From Geobacter sulfurreducens PCA (GTDB lineage Bacteria > Desulfobacterota > Desulfuromonadia > Geobacterales > Geobacteraceae), in the NCBI RefSeq assembly GCF_000007985.2, contig NC_002939.5:2640001-2672000 (forward strand): 32,000 bases of DNA. The letters run 5' to 3'. A program made the position numbers and the translations under genes. Below the pieces are notes generated by a model. That model had not been told where the DNA came from and made no database searches. It saw only the letters and a program-made list of their open reading frames with translations. This document shows positions 6,949-14,536 of this stretch, in pieces (positions within the stretch are counted from its first letter, which is position 1; the number at the start of each line of letters is the position of its first letter).

Positions 6949-9443
6949 CCCTCCACGGCCGCCTCCTCCGCCGCCAGCTCGCCACCTCGCGCCGCCAGTC
7001 GGCCATCTTCGTTCTCTGCGTGGCCCTTTCCATCGTTACCCTGGTTTCCCTGGCCGGCTTCGGCCGCAGCGTCCACAGCTCCATGCTGCGGGACGCCCGG
7101 GCACTCCACGGGGGGGACGTGATCGTGGAGTCCCGCTCGCCCCTGTCGCCGGGGCTCACGGCGGCGGTGAACCGGGTCATCGCGGCGGGCAGGGCCGAGG
7201 GCGCCCGCATCAACGAGTTCTACTCCATCATCCGCCCGGCAGGGCGGGAGGATTCCCTCCTGGCTCACATCAAGGCGGTGGAGCCGGGCTATCCCTTCTA
7301 CGGCACCGTGGATCTGGCCTCGGGCCGCCCTTTCCGGCAGGTGCTGGCGCCGGGCCGGGCCATTGCCGAGCAGACCCTGCTGGACCGGCTCGGCCTCCGG
7401 GTGGGAGACCGGCTCCGGCTGGGGGACGCCACCCTGACCGTTGCCGACGTGGTCACCCAGGAACCGGACCGGCCCGTGAACGTCTTTTCCCTGGGGCCCC
7501 GCCTCTTTGTGGCCGCCGCCGATCTCCCCTCCCTGGGGCTGGTGGGCCAGGGGAGCCGGGTGAGCCACACCATCATCCTGAAGGTGGCGAACCCCAGGGA
7601 GACCGACCGGATCGCCGCGGAGCTGCGGGCCTCGGCCCTGCGCGACCGGGAGCGGGTCGACACCTACCGCACCGCCCAGTCGGGGGTAAAGCGCTTCTTC
7701 GACAACTTCCTCTTCTTCCTGAACCTGATCGGCATCTTCACCCTGCTCCTGGCCGGCATCGGCATCCAGAGCTCCCTGGCCGCCTACCTGGCCGAGCAGC
7801 GGCCATCCATCGCCGTGATGAAAGCCCTGGGGGCCACGGGCCGCTTTCTGGTGGTCCACTACGTGGCAGTGGCCTCGGTGCTGGGGATCGTGGGAACGGC
7901 GCTGGGGATCGGGGCGAGCTTCCTCCTCCAGGGGGTCTTGCCGGAGCTGTTCCGGGGGCTGTTGCCGGCCACCGTGGAGTTCCGCATCGCGGCCCCGGCC
8001 GTGGCAGAGGGGCTCGTGCTCGGCTTTTTGACCGTGACCCTCTTCACCCTCCTTCCGCTCTGGCAGCTGCGGGCGGTGAAGCCCCGGGCCATCCTGGGCA
8101 AGGAGGAGGATCCGACGGTGCGCAGCCGCGCGGTCTGGGTCACGACGGGAGCCGTGGTCCTCTTCTTCCTGGCCATGGTTCTCTGGAAGGTGGAGGAGCC
8201 CCGGAGCGGCGTCAACTTCGTGCTGGGGGTGGGTGGGCTGATCCTCCTGTCCCTTGCCTGCACCGAGGCGGTGCTGCGGCTCCTGCGCAGGGCGCGCCCC
8301 CGGCGGCTCGCAGCGCGCCAGGCCCTGCGGGGGCTCTTCCGCCCGCGCAATGCCACCCGGCCCATCATCGTCACCCTCACGGCGGCCCTGGCGGTGATCT
8401 TCGCCATCACCCTGGTGGAGCGGAACCTGGATGCCTCCTACATCCGCTCCTATCCACCGGACGCGCCGAACCTGTTCTTCATCGACATCCAGCCGGGCCA
8501 GAAGGAAGATTTCAGCCGTACCCTGGGGATGCCGGCCCTGTTCCACGCCATTGTCCGGGGGACCGTGACCGCCATCAACGGCCGCCCGATCGACCGGGAG
8601 GCGGAGCGGCGCAAGCGAGGGGACAACCTGTCCCGGGAATTCAACCTGACCTACCGGGACAGCCTCCTGGAGGACGAACGGATCATCGAGGGGAAGAGCC
8701 TGTTCCGCCCCGACTGGCAGGGGGTCCAGGTGTCGGTCCTGGACACGGTGGTGGAGATGAGCCCCATGGCGGTGGGCGACGTGATCACCTTCCGGGTGCA
8801 GGGGGTGCCGATCGAGGCCCGGATCTCCAGCATCCGGACCCGGACCAGGGCCGCAGTGCAGCCCTACTTCTACTTTGTGTTCCAGCCCGCCGTGCTCAGG
8901 GATGCCCCCCAGACCTTCTTCACCGCGGTGCGGGTGGAAAAGCCGGGCATAGCGCAGCTCCAGAACCGGATCGCGGCCCGCTTCCCCAACGTGAGCATCT
9001 TTGACCTGACCGAGACCGTGGCGGTCTTTGCCCGGGTCATGGGGCGGCTCTCGGTCATCGTCCGCTTCTTCACCCTGTTCAGCGTGGTGGCCGGGGCCCT
9101 GATCATCGTCAGTTCAGTCATCGCCACCCGGCAGGCCCGGCTGCGGGAAGCAGTCTTCTTTACCATACTGGGTGCCCGGGGCAGGTTCGTCCTGTCGGTC
9201 TTCACCATGGAAAACCTGATCATCGGCGGGGTAAGCGGATTCCTGGCCCTGGGCCTCGCCCAGGCGGCCAGCTGGATCGTCTGCACCCGGGTTCTGGACG
9301 TCTCCTGGCAGCCCTTCCCGGCCGTGAGCGCCGCCCTGGTGGCGGCAACGGTGGTGCTGGTGGTGGCCGTGGGGCTCGGGGCGTCCCTGTCCATCATCAG
9401 GAAAAAGCCGGTGGTCTTTCTGCGGGAGCAGGCCGAGGAGTAA
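6945..9443 (+). CDS. ABC transporter permease with duplicated FtsX-like domains (YbbP-type, 832 aa)
   Basis: Large polytopic protein with two FtsX-type modules, each a 4-TM block after a large loop. It overlaps the ATPase gene by 4 nt (ATGA). The size and ABC/TesA neighbourhood match ybbA-ybbP-tesA. Confidence 0.8.
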   Translation: MTLHGRLLRRQLATSRRQSAIFVLCVALSIVTLVSLAGFGRSVHSSMLRDARALHGGDVIVESRSPLSPGLTAAVNRVIAAGRAEGARINEFYSIIRPAGREDSLLAHIKAVEPGYPFYGTVDLASGRPFRQVLAPGRAIAEQTLLDRLGLRVGDRLRLGDATLTVADVVTQEPDRPVNVFSLGPRLFVAAADLPSLGLVGQGSRVSHTIILKVANPRETDRIAAELRASALRDRERVDTYRTAQSGVKRFFDNFLFFLNLIGIFTLLLAGIGIQSSLAAYLAEQRPSIAVMKALGATGRFLVVHYVAVASVLGIVGTALGIGASFLLQGVLPELFRGLLPATVEFRIAAPAVAEGLVLGFLTVTLFTLLPLWQLRAVKPRAILGKEEDPTVRSRAVWVTTGAVVLFFLAMVLWKVEEPRSGVNFVLGVGGLILLSLACTEAVLRLLRRARPRRLAARQALRGLFRPRNATRPIIVTLTAALAVIFAITLVERNLDASYIRSYPPDAPNLFFIDIQPGQKEDFSRTLGMPALFHAIVRGTVTAINGRPIDREAERRKRGDNLSREFNLTYRDSLLEDERIIEGKSLFRPDWQGVQVSVLDTVVEMSPMAVGDVITFRVQGVPIEARISSIRTRTRAAVQPYFYFVFQPAVLRDAPQTFFTAVRVEKPGIAQLQNRIAARFPNVSIFDLTETVAVFARVMGRLSVIVRFFTLFSVVAGALIIVSSVIATRQARLREAVFFTILGARGRFVLSVFTMENLIIGGVSGFLALGLAQAASWIVCTRVLDVSWQPFPAVSAALVAATVVLVVAVGLGASLSIIRKKPVVFLREQAEE

Positions 9444-9477
9444 CGGGGCCGTCGGGACCGGAATACGGAGGTATACC

Positions 9478-10158
9478 GTGAATCTCAGGAAAAGTCTGAT
9501 GGCGGTTATTGCGCTGACCGCCCTGGCCGGGTGCGACCGCAAGGAGGCTGCCCGGCCCGCGGCTCCGGCGCAGCAGGAGGCCCGTGCCACGGCAGGGACC
9601 ATCGTGGCGGTGGGGGACAGCCTCACCGCCGGCTACGGCCTCGACGAACACGATGCCTACCCGGCCCAACTGGAGCGGCTGCTGCGGGAGGCCGGTCGCC
9701 CCTGGCGGGTGGTGAATGCGGGAATCAGCGGCGAGACGAGCAGCGGCGCCCTGTCGCGCGTGAACTGGGTCCTAACCCTGAAGCCGGATATCGTTATCCT
9801 GGTCACCGGCGCCAACGACGGCCTGCGGGGGATCGACCCGAAGGTGACGGAAAAGAATCTCGACGAGATGGTCCGCACGCTGAAGGAGCGCAACGTCACC
9901 GTGGTCCTGGGCGGGATGAAGATGGTCGCGAACCTGGGCCGGGACTACACCCGCGCCTTTGCCGCCGTCTACCCGGCCGTGGCGAAGCGCCACGACCTGA
10001 TCCTGATTCCCTTTTTCCTGGAAGGGGTTGCAGGGCGCCCCGACCTGAACCAGGCCGACGGCATCCACCCCACGGCCGAGGGATACCGAATCGTGTCCGA
10101 TACGGTACTTCCCTACGTGATCAAGGCCATCGAGCAGACTCCGCCATCTGGCGGCTGA
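9478..10158 (+). CDS. tesA: SGNH/GDSL hydrolase lipoprotein, TesA-like (thioesterase I / lysophospholipase L1 family)
   Basis: GTG start after a GGAGG RBS. Lipobox LTALAGC. SGNH blocks are present: GDSLTAGYG (block I), GISGETS (block II), GANDGL (block III) and DGIHPT (block V). Confidence 0.85.
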   Translation: MNLRKSLMAVIALTALAGCDRKEAARPAAPAQQEARATAGTIVAVGDSLTAGYGLDEHDAYPAQLERLLREAGRPWRVVNAGISGETSSGALSRVNWVLTLKPDIVILVTGANDGLRGIDPKVTEKNLDEMVRTLKERNVTVVLGGMKMVANLGRDYTRAFAAVYPAVAKRHDLILIPFFLEGVAGRPDLNQADGIHPTAEGYRIVSDTVLPYVIKAIEQTPPSGG

Positions 10159-10352
10159 AATCAAATGGCGTGTCACATTCGACATTAACCATTACTACAT
10201 ATAATTGCAAAGAAAACATCCTCCACACCCCCCATTCGAACCAGCCGAAAATTCGGACTATATTCAGTCATTCCACGGCAACACGTCGCCCCCTTCCATA
10301 AAACATTATTTTGCATCTCGCGCTCCATTCGACGATTTTTAGAAATTAGTTC

Positions 10353-10379
10353 TAAAGTTTCGACCTGCCGCTCCGAAAA
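10353..10379 (+). promoter_or_regulatory. Sigma28 (FliA)-type promoter candidate for the cheW-hydrogenase-MCP operon
   Basis: TAAAGTTT (10353-10360), N11, TCCGAAAA (10372-10379), compared with the enterobacterial consensus TAAAGTTT-N11-GCCGATAA. The -35 matches 8/8 and the -10 matches 6/8 with the CCGA core intact. It lies about 93 nt upstream of the cheW ATG. Confidence 0.55.
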
Positions 10380-10471
10380 GCGTTTGTATACATATCGGCA
10401 TTATTCTTGATTGCAGAGACAAATCGGGCAGTTCGCTTCTATTGTGGCACTGAAAGGACGGGTTTTCCCCC

Positions 10472-10972
10472 ATGACGACTCTGCCAACCCTATCGACCGG
10501 AAGCGCGACCGCAAGTACCCCCCTGCAGGTGGTCGTGTTCTCCGTGGGAAGCGAAGAGTACTGCTTCGAGATCCTCAAGGTCCGGGAAGTCATCCGGACG
10601 GTGCCCATCACCGCCGTGCCCAGCGCCCCGCCCCATGTGGAGGGAATCATCAACCTGCGGGGCGCGGTCGTCCCCATCATCGACTTCCGCAAGCGGTTCA
10701 ACATCACCGGCGAGTGCACGGTGGACGAATCGGAAAAGGTGGTGATCGTCGCCGCCGCCGGGAGCACGACCGTAGGCTTTACCGTGGATGCCCTGAGCCA
10801 GGTGCTGAAGGTGCCGCGGGAGGCCGTATCCACCCCACCCACCGGCGTGAGCGACCAGGGCGGCGAGGCCATAACGGGCGTTGCCTCCATGGGAGACCGC
10901 CTGATCATCGTGCTCGATATCGAGCGGTTGTTTTCCGAGGATGAACTCACCAATCTGACAGGAGTGGCCTGA
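10472..10972 (+). CDS. cheW: Chemotaxis coupling protein CheW
   Basis: CheW-domain sequence: LQVVVFSVGSEEYCFEILKVREVIRTVPITAVPSAPPHVEGIINLRGAVVPIIDFRKRF ... GVASMGDRLIIVLDIERLF. Length is 166 aa. Confidence 0.9.
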   Translation: MTTLPTLSTGSATASTPLQVVVFSVGSEEYCFEILKVREVIRTVPITAVPSAPPHVEGIINLRGAVVPIIDFRKRFNITGECTVDESEKVVIVAAAGSTTVGFTVDALSQVLKVPREAVSTPPTGVSDQGGEAITGVASMGDRLIIVLDIERLFSEDELTNLTGVA

Positions 10973-10974
10973 TC

Positions 10975-11487
10975 ATGTCCGACCTCATGACTACCCGAGC
11001 CGCCCTCCAGGAAACCATGACGTTTCTCGGCGCCATCGCCAGCGGCATGGAGGAGGCCATCGGCGAATCCGCCAACAGCATCACCTATCTGGCCGGCAAG
11101 CGGCTCGGCATGCAGTTTTCCGCCGACATCCGGAAGACCGACGACGTGGAAGAGGCTCTGGCCGCCGTCCGCACGGTGCTCCAGGACAACAACTGCCTCT
11201 GGCACTTCGAGCCGTTCCAGGCCCACGACCGGCCGGCCCTGATCCAGGCCACCGACAAGGGCGACGAGGATATCCACCTGGTCTTCCGGGACTGCATGAT
11301 CCGTCAGTCCCTGTTCCGTTTCGGGCACCACCAGAAGGGCTCCCTCTGCACCATGATGTTCGGGTTCTTCTCCGGCGCGCTCCTGAACGTGATGGGGGTC
11401 GATTCGACCCTGGAGATCATGCACGCCGGCGAGAACGCCTGCCTGAAGCGGCTGGTGATCCACAAGAAAAGGGAGGAGAAACCGTGA
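10975..11487 (+). CDS. V4R-like (4-vinyl-reductase fold) Cys-rich small protein, copy 1 (170 aa)
   Basis: The C-terminal half has the V4R-like pattern FRDCMIRQ...GSLCTMMFGFFSGALLNV...GENACLKRLV, that is C-x17-C-x30-C. AGGAG RBS is present. The gene starts 2 nt after the cheW stop, and its TGA overlaps the GTG of the hydrogenase small subunit. Confidence 0.6.
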   Translation: MSDLMTTRAALQETMTFLGAIASGMEEAIGESANSITYLAGKRLGMQFSADIRKTDDVEEALAAVRTVLQDNNCLWHFEPFQAHDRPALIQATDKGDEDIHLVFRDCMIRQSLFRFGHHQKGSLCTMMFGFFSGALLNVMGVDSTLEIMHAGENACLKRLVIHKKREEKP

Positions 11488-12434
11488 GCACCGTCCCGAT
11501 CAACCTGGAATGGCTCAGCGACTGCTCCGGCTGCCATATCGCCATCGTGGACCTGCACGAAAAGATCCTGTCGGTCCTGGACTCGGTCACCATCCAGCGC
11601 TGCCCGGTTCTGACCGACGTGAAGGATTACCCCAAGGCGAAAGTGGGGCTGGTCTCCGGCGCCATCCGGACCGAGCACGACCGCCACGCGGCCATGGAGA
11701 TGCGCAAGAGCTGCGACCTGATCATTGCCTGGGGCTCCTGCGCCGTGTACGGCGGAATCGCCGGGGCCGGCAACGTCCACTCCTGCCAGGAGATCATGGA
11801 CACGGTCTACACCGGCAACAAGACCACGGCGACCACCACTCCGCCCACGAGGGAAGTGTCGGCCCTGGAGCCGTCCGTGTCGCCACTGGACAGCGTAATC
11901 GACGTGGACCTCTACCTCCCCGGCTGTGCCCCCCACCCGGCCTTTGTCTTCGATGCCCTCCTGGCGCTCCTGGAAGGACGCTCGCCCCGTATCGCCAACC
12001 GTGAGACGGTCTGCGCCCGCTGCCGGAGAACGATGGAAAAGACCGAGGTGGACCGGATCAGGAAAAATTCGGAAGGGGTGCCCGACCCGGACCGCTGCTT
12101 CCTGAGCCAGGGCTACCTCTGCATGGGGTCGGTGACCCTGGACCGCTGCATGTCCCCCTGCCCCCTGAACGGCATCCCGTGCAGCGGCTGCGCCGGCGCC
12201 ACCATGCAGGTGCTGGCCGAGCCCAACCGCGACATCAGGACCGAGATCGCCGAGCGGATGTCGCGCCTGACCAGCATCCCGCGCGAGGCCATTGTCCGGG
12301 AAATCGAGCGGACGGCCAAGACCCACTATTCCTACACCATGGCCACCCCCATGATCGGCGAGAAGCCCACCTTCCTGATCCGGAAATGGACCGACGAGGA
12401 ACGAGACGACTATGAACAAGACCATAACCATTGA
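11484..12434 (+). CDS. [NiFe]-hydrogenase small subunit, cytoplasmic (group-3/MvhG-like; no Tat signal)
   Basis: GTG start after GGGAGGAG. Proximal-cluster motifs are LSDCSGCH, WGSCAVYGG and LPGCAPHP. Additional Cys clusters are CARCRR and CFLSQGYLCMGSVTLDRCMSPCPLNGIPCSGCAG. There is no RRxF twin-arginine leader. Confidence 0.85.
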   Translation: MSTVPINLEWLSDCSGCHIAIVDLHEKILSVLDSVTIQRCPVLTDVKDYPKAKVGLVSGAIRTEHDRHAAMEMRKSCDLIIAWGSCAVYGGIAGAGNVHSCQEIMDTVYTGNKTTATTTPPTREVSALEPSVSPLDSVIDVDLYLPGCAPHPAFVFDALLALLEGRSPRIANRETVCARCRRTMEKTEVDRIRKNSEGVPDPDRCFLSQGYLCMGSVTLDRCMSPCPLNGIPCSGCAGATMQVLAEPNRDIRTEIAERMSRLTSIPREAIVREIERTAKTHYSYTMATPMIGEKPTFLIRKWTDEERDDYEQDHNH

Positions 12435-13833
12435 TCCCGTCACCCGCATCGAGGGGCACGCGCGGGTCTTCATCGACCTGGACGATACGGGTGCGCTCAC
12501 GGCCGCGGGGCTCGTGGTGAACGAGCTGCGCGGTTTCGAGAAGATCCTGACCGGCATGGACGCGGACCGGATGCCCCTGGTCACGGCCCGCATCTGCGGG
12601 GTCTGCCCCACGGCCCACCACCTGGCCGCCACCAACGCCCTGAACAATGCCGCGGGCGTGGAGCCGCCACCGGCCGCGAAACTGCTGCGCGAGCTCATGT
12701 ACATGGGGCACGTGATCCACTCCCACTGCCTCTCCCTGTTCGTGCTGCAGGGCCCCGACCTGGTCCTGGGCCTCGACGCCGACCCCGCCGTCCGCAACGT
12801 GGTGGGGGTGGTACAGGCAGCCCCGGATATCGCCAAAAAGGCCCTCCAGTGCCGCTCCATCGGCCAGAAGATCAACGAACTGGTCGGCGGGCGGGGCACC
12901 CACCCCGTCACCTCGGTAGCCGGCGGAATCGCCTTCGTACTCGACGCCGACCGGGAGCGACAGCTCAACGCCTGGATCAACGAGGCCCGCGACCTTGTGC
13001 TGGAGCTGGCGCCCGTGGTGAAGCAGCTCCTGATGAAGATGCTCGACACCCATCCGGCCATGCTGCAGCAATGGGTTGCCCCGGCCTGGAGCGTCGGCAC
13101 GGTCAAGGCCGACGGCACCCTGGCCCTGGTGAACGGCGAGATCCGGGCCGTGGATGAGGTCGGCGCCCTGAAGGCCCGGTTCCCCTCGGCCGATTACGAT
13201 TCGTACATGTCCGAGTCGGCGGTGGAGTTCTCCTACATGAAGCAGGTTTCCTTTGTGGATGGGGACAATCGCCACGACTACCGGGTGGGCCCCCTGGCCC
13301 GGCTCAACGTCTCCGAGCGCTACGGCACCCCCCTGGCGGACCGGGAGCGGGAGGAGTTCATCCGGACCGTGGGGCGCCCCTGCCACGCCAATGCGCTCCA
13401 ACCCTGGGCCCGACTGATCGAGCTCCTCTACTGCACCGAGCGGGCCGGGGAAATCATGGCCGATCCGGCCATCCACGGCGAGACCCGCGTTCCGGTAACC
13501 TTCTCCGGTGGCCGGGGCGTGGGGCACGTGGAGGCACCCCGGGGCACCCTGATCCACGACTATGAAATCGACGAGAACGGCATTGTCCGGGCGGCGAACC
13601 TGATCGTGGCGACTCAGCAGAATTACGCCCTGATCAACGCCATGATCGCCCAGGCCGCCACCTCCCACGTCATCAACCGCCCCGACGACCAGGCGCTGCT
13701 CAATGCGGTTGAGTTCGGCATCCGCTGCTACGACCCCTGCCTCTCCTGCGCCACCCATGCACTGGGCGCCATGCCCCTGGAAATCGTCGTGAACCGCGCC
13801 GCAAAGCCCCGCGTCATCCGGAGGAACTGCTGA
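12412..13833 (+). CDS. [NiFe]-hydrogenase large subunit (473 aa) with a cleavable C-terminal extension
   Basis: N-terminal TRIEGH and ELRGFEK. L1 motif RICGVCPTAHH (nt 12589 onward). L2 motif DPCLSCATH (nt 13732-13758), followed by a 24-aa tail ALGAMPLEIVVNRAAKPRVIRRNC. Confidence 0.92.
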   Translation: MNKTITIDPVTRIEGHARVFIDLDDTGALTAAGLVVNELRGFEKILTGMDADRMPLVTARICGVCPTAHHLAATNALNNAAGVEPPPAAKLLRELMYMGHVIHSHCLSLFVLQGPDLVLGLDADPAVRNVVGVVQAAPDIAKKALQCRSIGQKINELVGGRGTHPVTSVAGGIAFVLDADRERQLNAWINEARDLVLELAPVVKQLLMKMLDTHPAMLQQWVAPAWSVGTVKADGTLALVNGEIRAVDEVGALKARFPSADYDSYMSESAVEFSYMKQVSFVDGDNRHDYRVGPLARLNVSERYGTPLADREREEFIRTVGRPCHANALQPWARLIELLYCTERAGEIMADPAIHGETRVPVTFSGGRGVGHVEAPRGTLIHDYEIDENGIVRAANLIVATQQNYALINAMIAQAATSHVINRPDDQALLNAVEFGIRCYDPCLSCATHALGAMPLEIVVNRAAKPRVIRRNC

Positions 13834-14084
13834 TGGTCGAGATCAAGGTCCATGAAGAGGCGTGCCGGGGCTGCCGGATGTGCGTCGACATCTGTCCCAC
13901 CACGGTCTTTGCCTATGACGAGGAAAAGCGGCTCTGCGTGGTGGAGCACCAGGAGGACTGCATCGCCTGCCTGAGTTGCGCCTATATCTGCCCCTCGGGG
14001 GCCATCAGCCAGGAGAACTATCACGTGGTCAAGAACTTCTACCGCGACCTGGCCTTCTGCACCAAGATGGAGAAGTTCATATGA
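13833..14084 (+). CDS. 2x[4Fe-4S] ferredoxin (83 aa)
   Basis: Two CxxCxxCxxxCP motifs: CRGCRMCVDICP and CIACLSCAYICP. The ATG overlaps the large-subunit TGA (TGATG). Confidence 0.9.
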   Translation: MVEIKVHEEACRGCRMCVDICPTTVFAYDEEKRLCVVEHQEDCIACLSCAYICPSGAISQENYHVVKNFYRDLAFCTKMEKFI

Positions 14085-14536
14085 GCGCGATCACCGAACA
14101 GGTCACCCTTGACGACCACGTCAACGCCGCCACGGAAGTAGCCTTCCTGCTGGACATCTTCGCCGCCACCGTCGACAACGTCATGGGCGGAGCAACGGCC
14201 TCGGTGGGCCGGATCGCCGGTCGGGAGATGGCGCGGAAGCTGCCGGTCCACCTGACCAACCCCACCCTGGACGAGGTCGTGGCGATCCTCAACTCCCGCA
14301 TGGAAGCCGGGTACCGGTTCCGGCTGGAGGGGGACGGCACCGAGCGCACCCTCTTGTTCGACCACTGTGTCCTGCGGGAGGTCTGCGCCAAGCGGGGACT
14401 CACCATGGGTACGGCCCTGTGCCGCCTCTTCCACGCCTACCTGGACGGCATCCTGAACGAGCTCATCTGCCGCCCGGTGAAATCGGAGGTCGTGTCATGC
14501 GGGGACCAGTGCCGACTGAACCTCAGAACCCAGTAG
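14081..14536 (+). CDS. V4R-like Cys-rich small protein, copy 2 (151 aa)
   Basis: The ATG at 14081 overlaps the ferredoxin stop (ATGA). The pattern FDHCVLREVCAKRGLTMGTALCRLFHAYLDGILNE...SCGDQCRLNL gives C-x17-C-x29-C, the same spacing as copy 1. The longer track ORF (13976) would run inside the ferredoxin gene. Confidence 0.6.
   Translation: MSAITEQVTLDDHVNAATEVAFLLDIFAATVDNVMGGATASVGRIAGREMARKLPVHLTNPTLDEVVAILNSRMEAGYRFRLEGDGTERTLLFDHCVLREVCAKRGLTMGTALCRLFHAYLDGILNELICRPVKSEVVSCGDQCRLNLRTQ

Noticed and set aside
10141-10156. CCGCCA-TC-TGGCGG hairpin at the end of the tesA-like gene as a terminator.
   Set aside because: The 6-bp stem has a 2-nt loop and lies inside the coding end, just before the stop codon. 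No U-tract follows, so this is too weak to call.
10228-10262. TTCGAACC/TTCGG sequences that resemble a tRNA T-arm (GTTCGAAxC).
   Set aside because: I could not build an acceptor stem, D-arm or anticodon arm around them. The surrounding sequence is AT-rich and unstructured, so this is not a tRNA.
10396-10414. Sigma54-like element cGGCATtattcTTGAttgca upstream of cheW.
   Set aside because: The GG is present, but the -12 position reads TTGA, not TTGC. The nearby TTGC (10411-10414) is four nt too far from the GG, so the invariant GC is missing at the right spacing.
10445-10459. TGGCAC hexamer (a perfect sigma54 -24 box) just before cheW.
   Set aside because: The -12 position reads GGAC, not TTGC, and the element lies only ~13 nt from the ATG, overlapping the RBS region.
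13732-13758. A possible selenocysteine ([NiFeSe]) in the large-subunit C-terminal motif.
   Set aside because: The motif is DPCLSCATH with ordinary TGC Cys codons. There is no in-frame TGA and no SECIS-like requirement.
13976-14080. Longer upstream starts offered by the track for several genes. These are V4R-2 at 13976, protease at 14419, MCP at 15002 (TTG), nitroreductase-like at 19692, PPIase at 23820, SPFH at 25820 and TrmO at 4252.
   Set aside because: The extensions overlap the preceding gene or encode low-complexity sequence without an RBS. The internal starts chosen have SD sequences and/or give proper signal peptides and family-typical N-termini.
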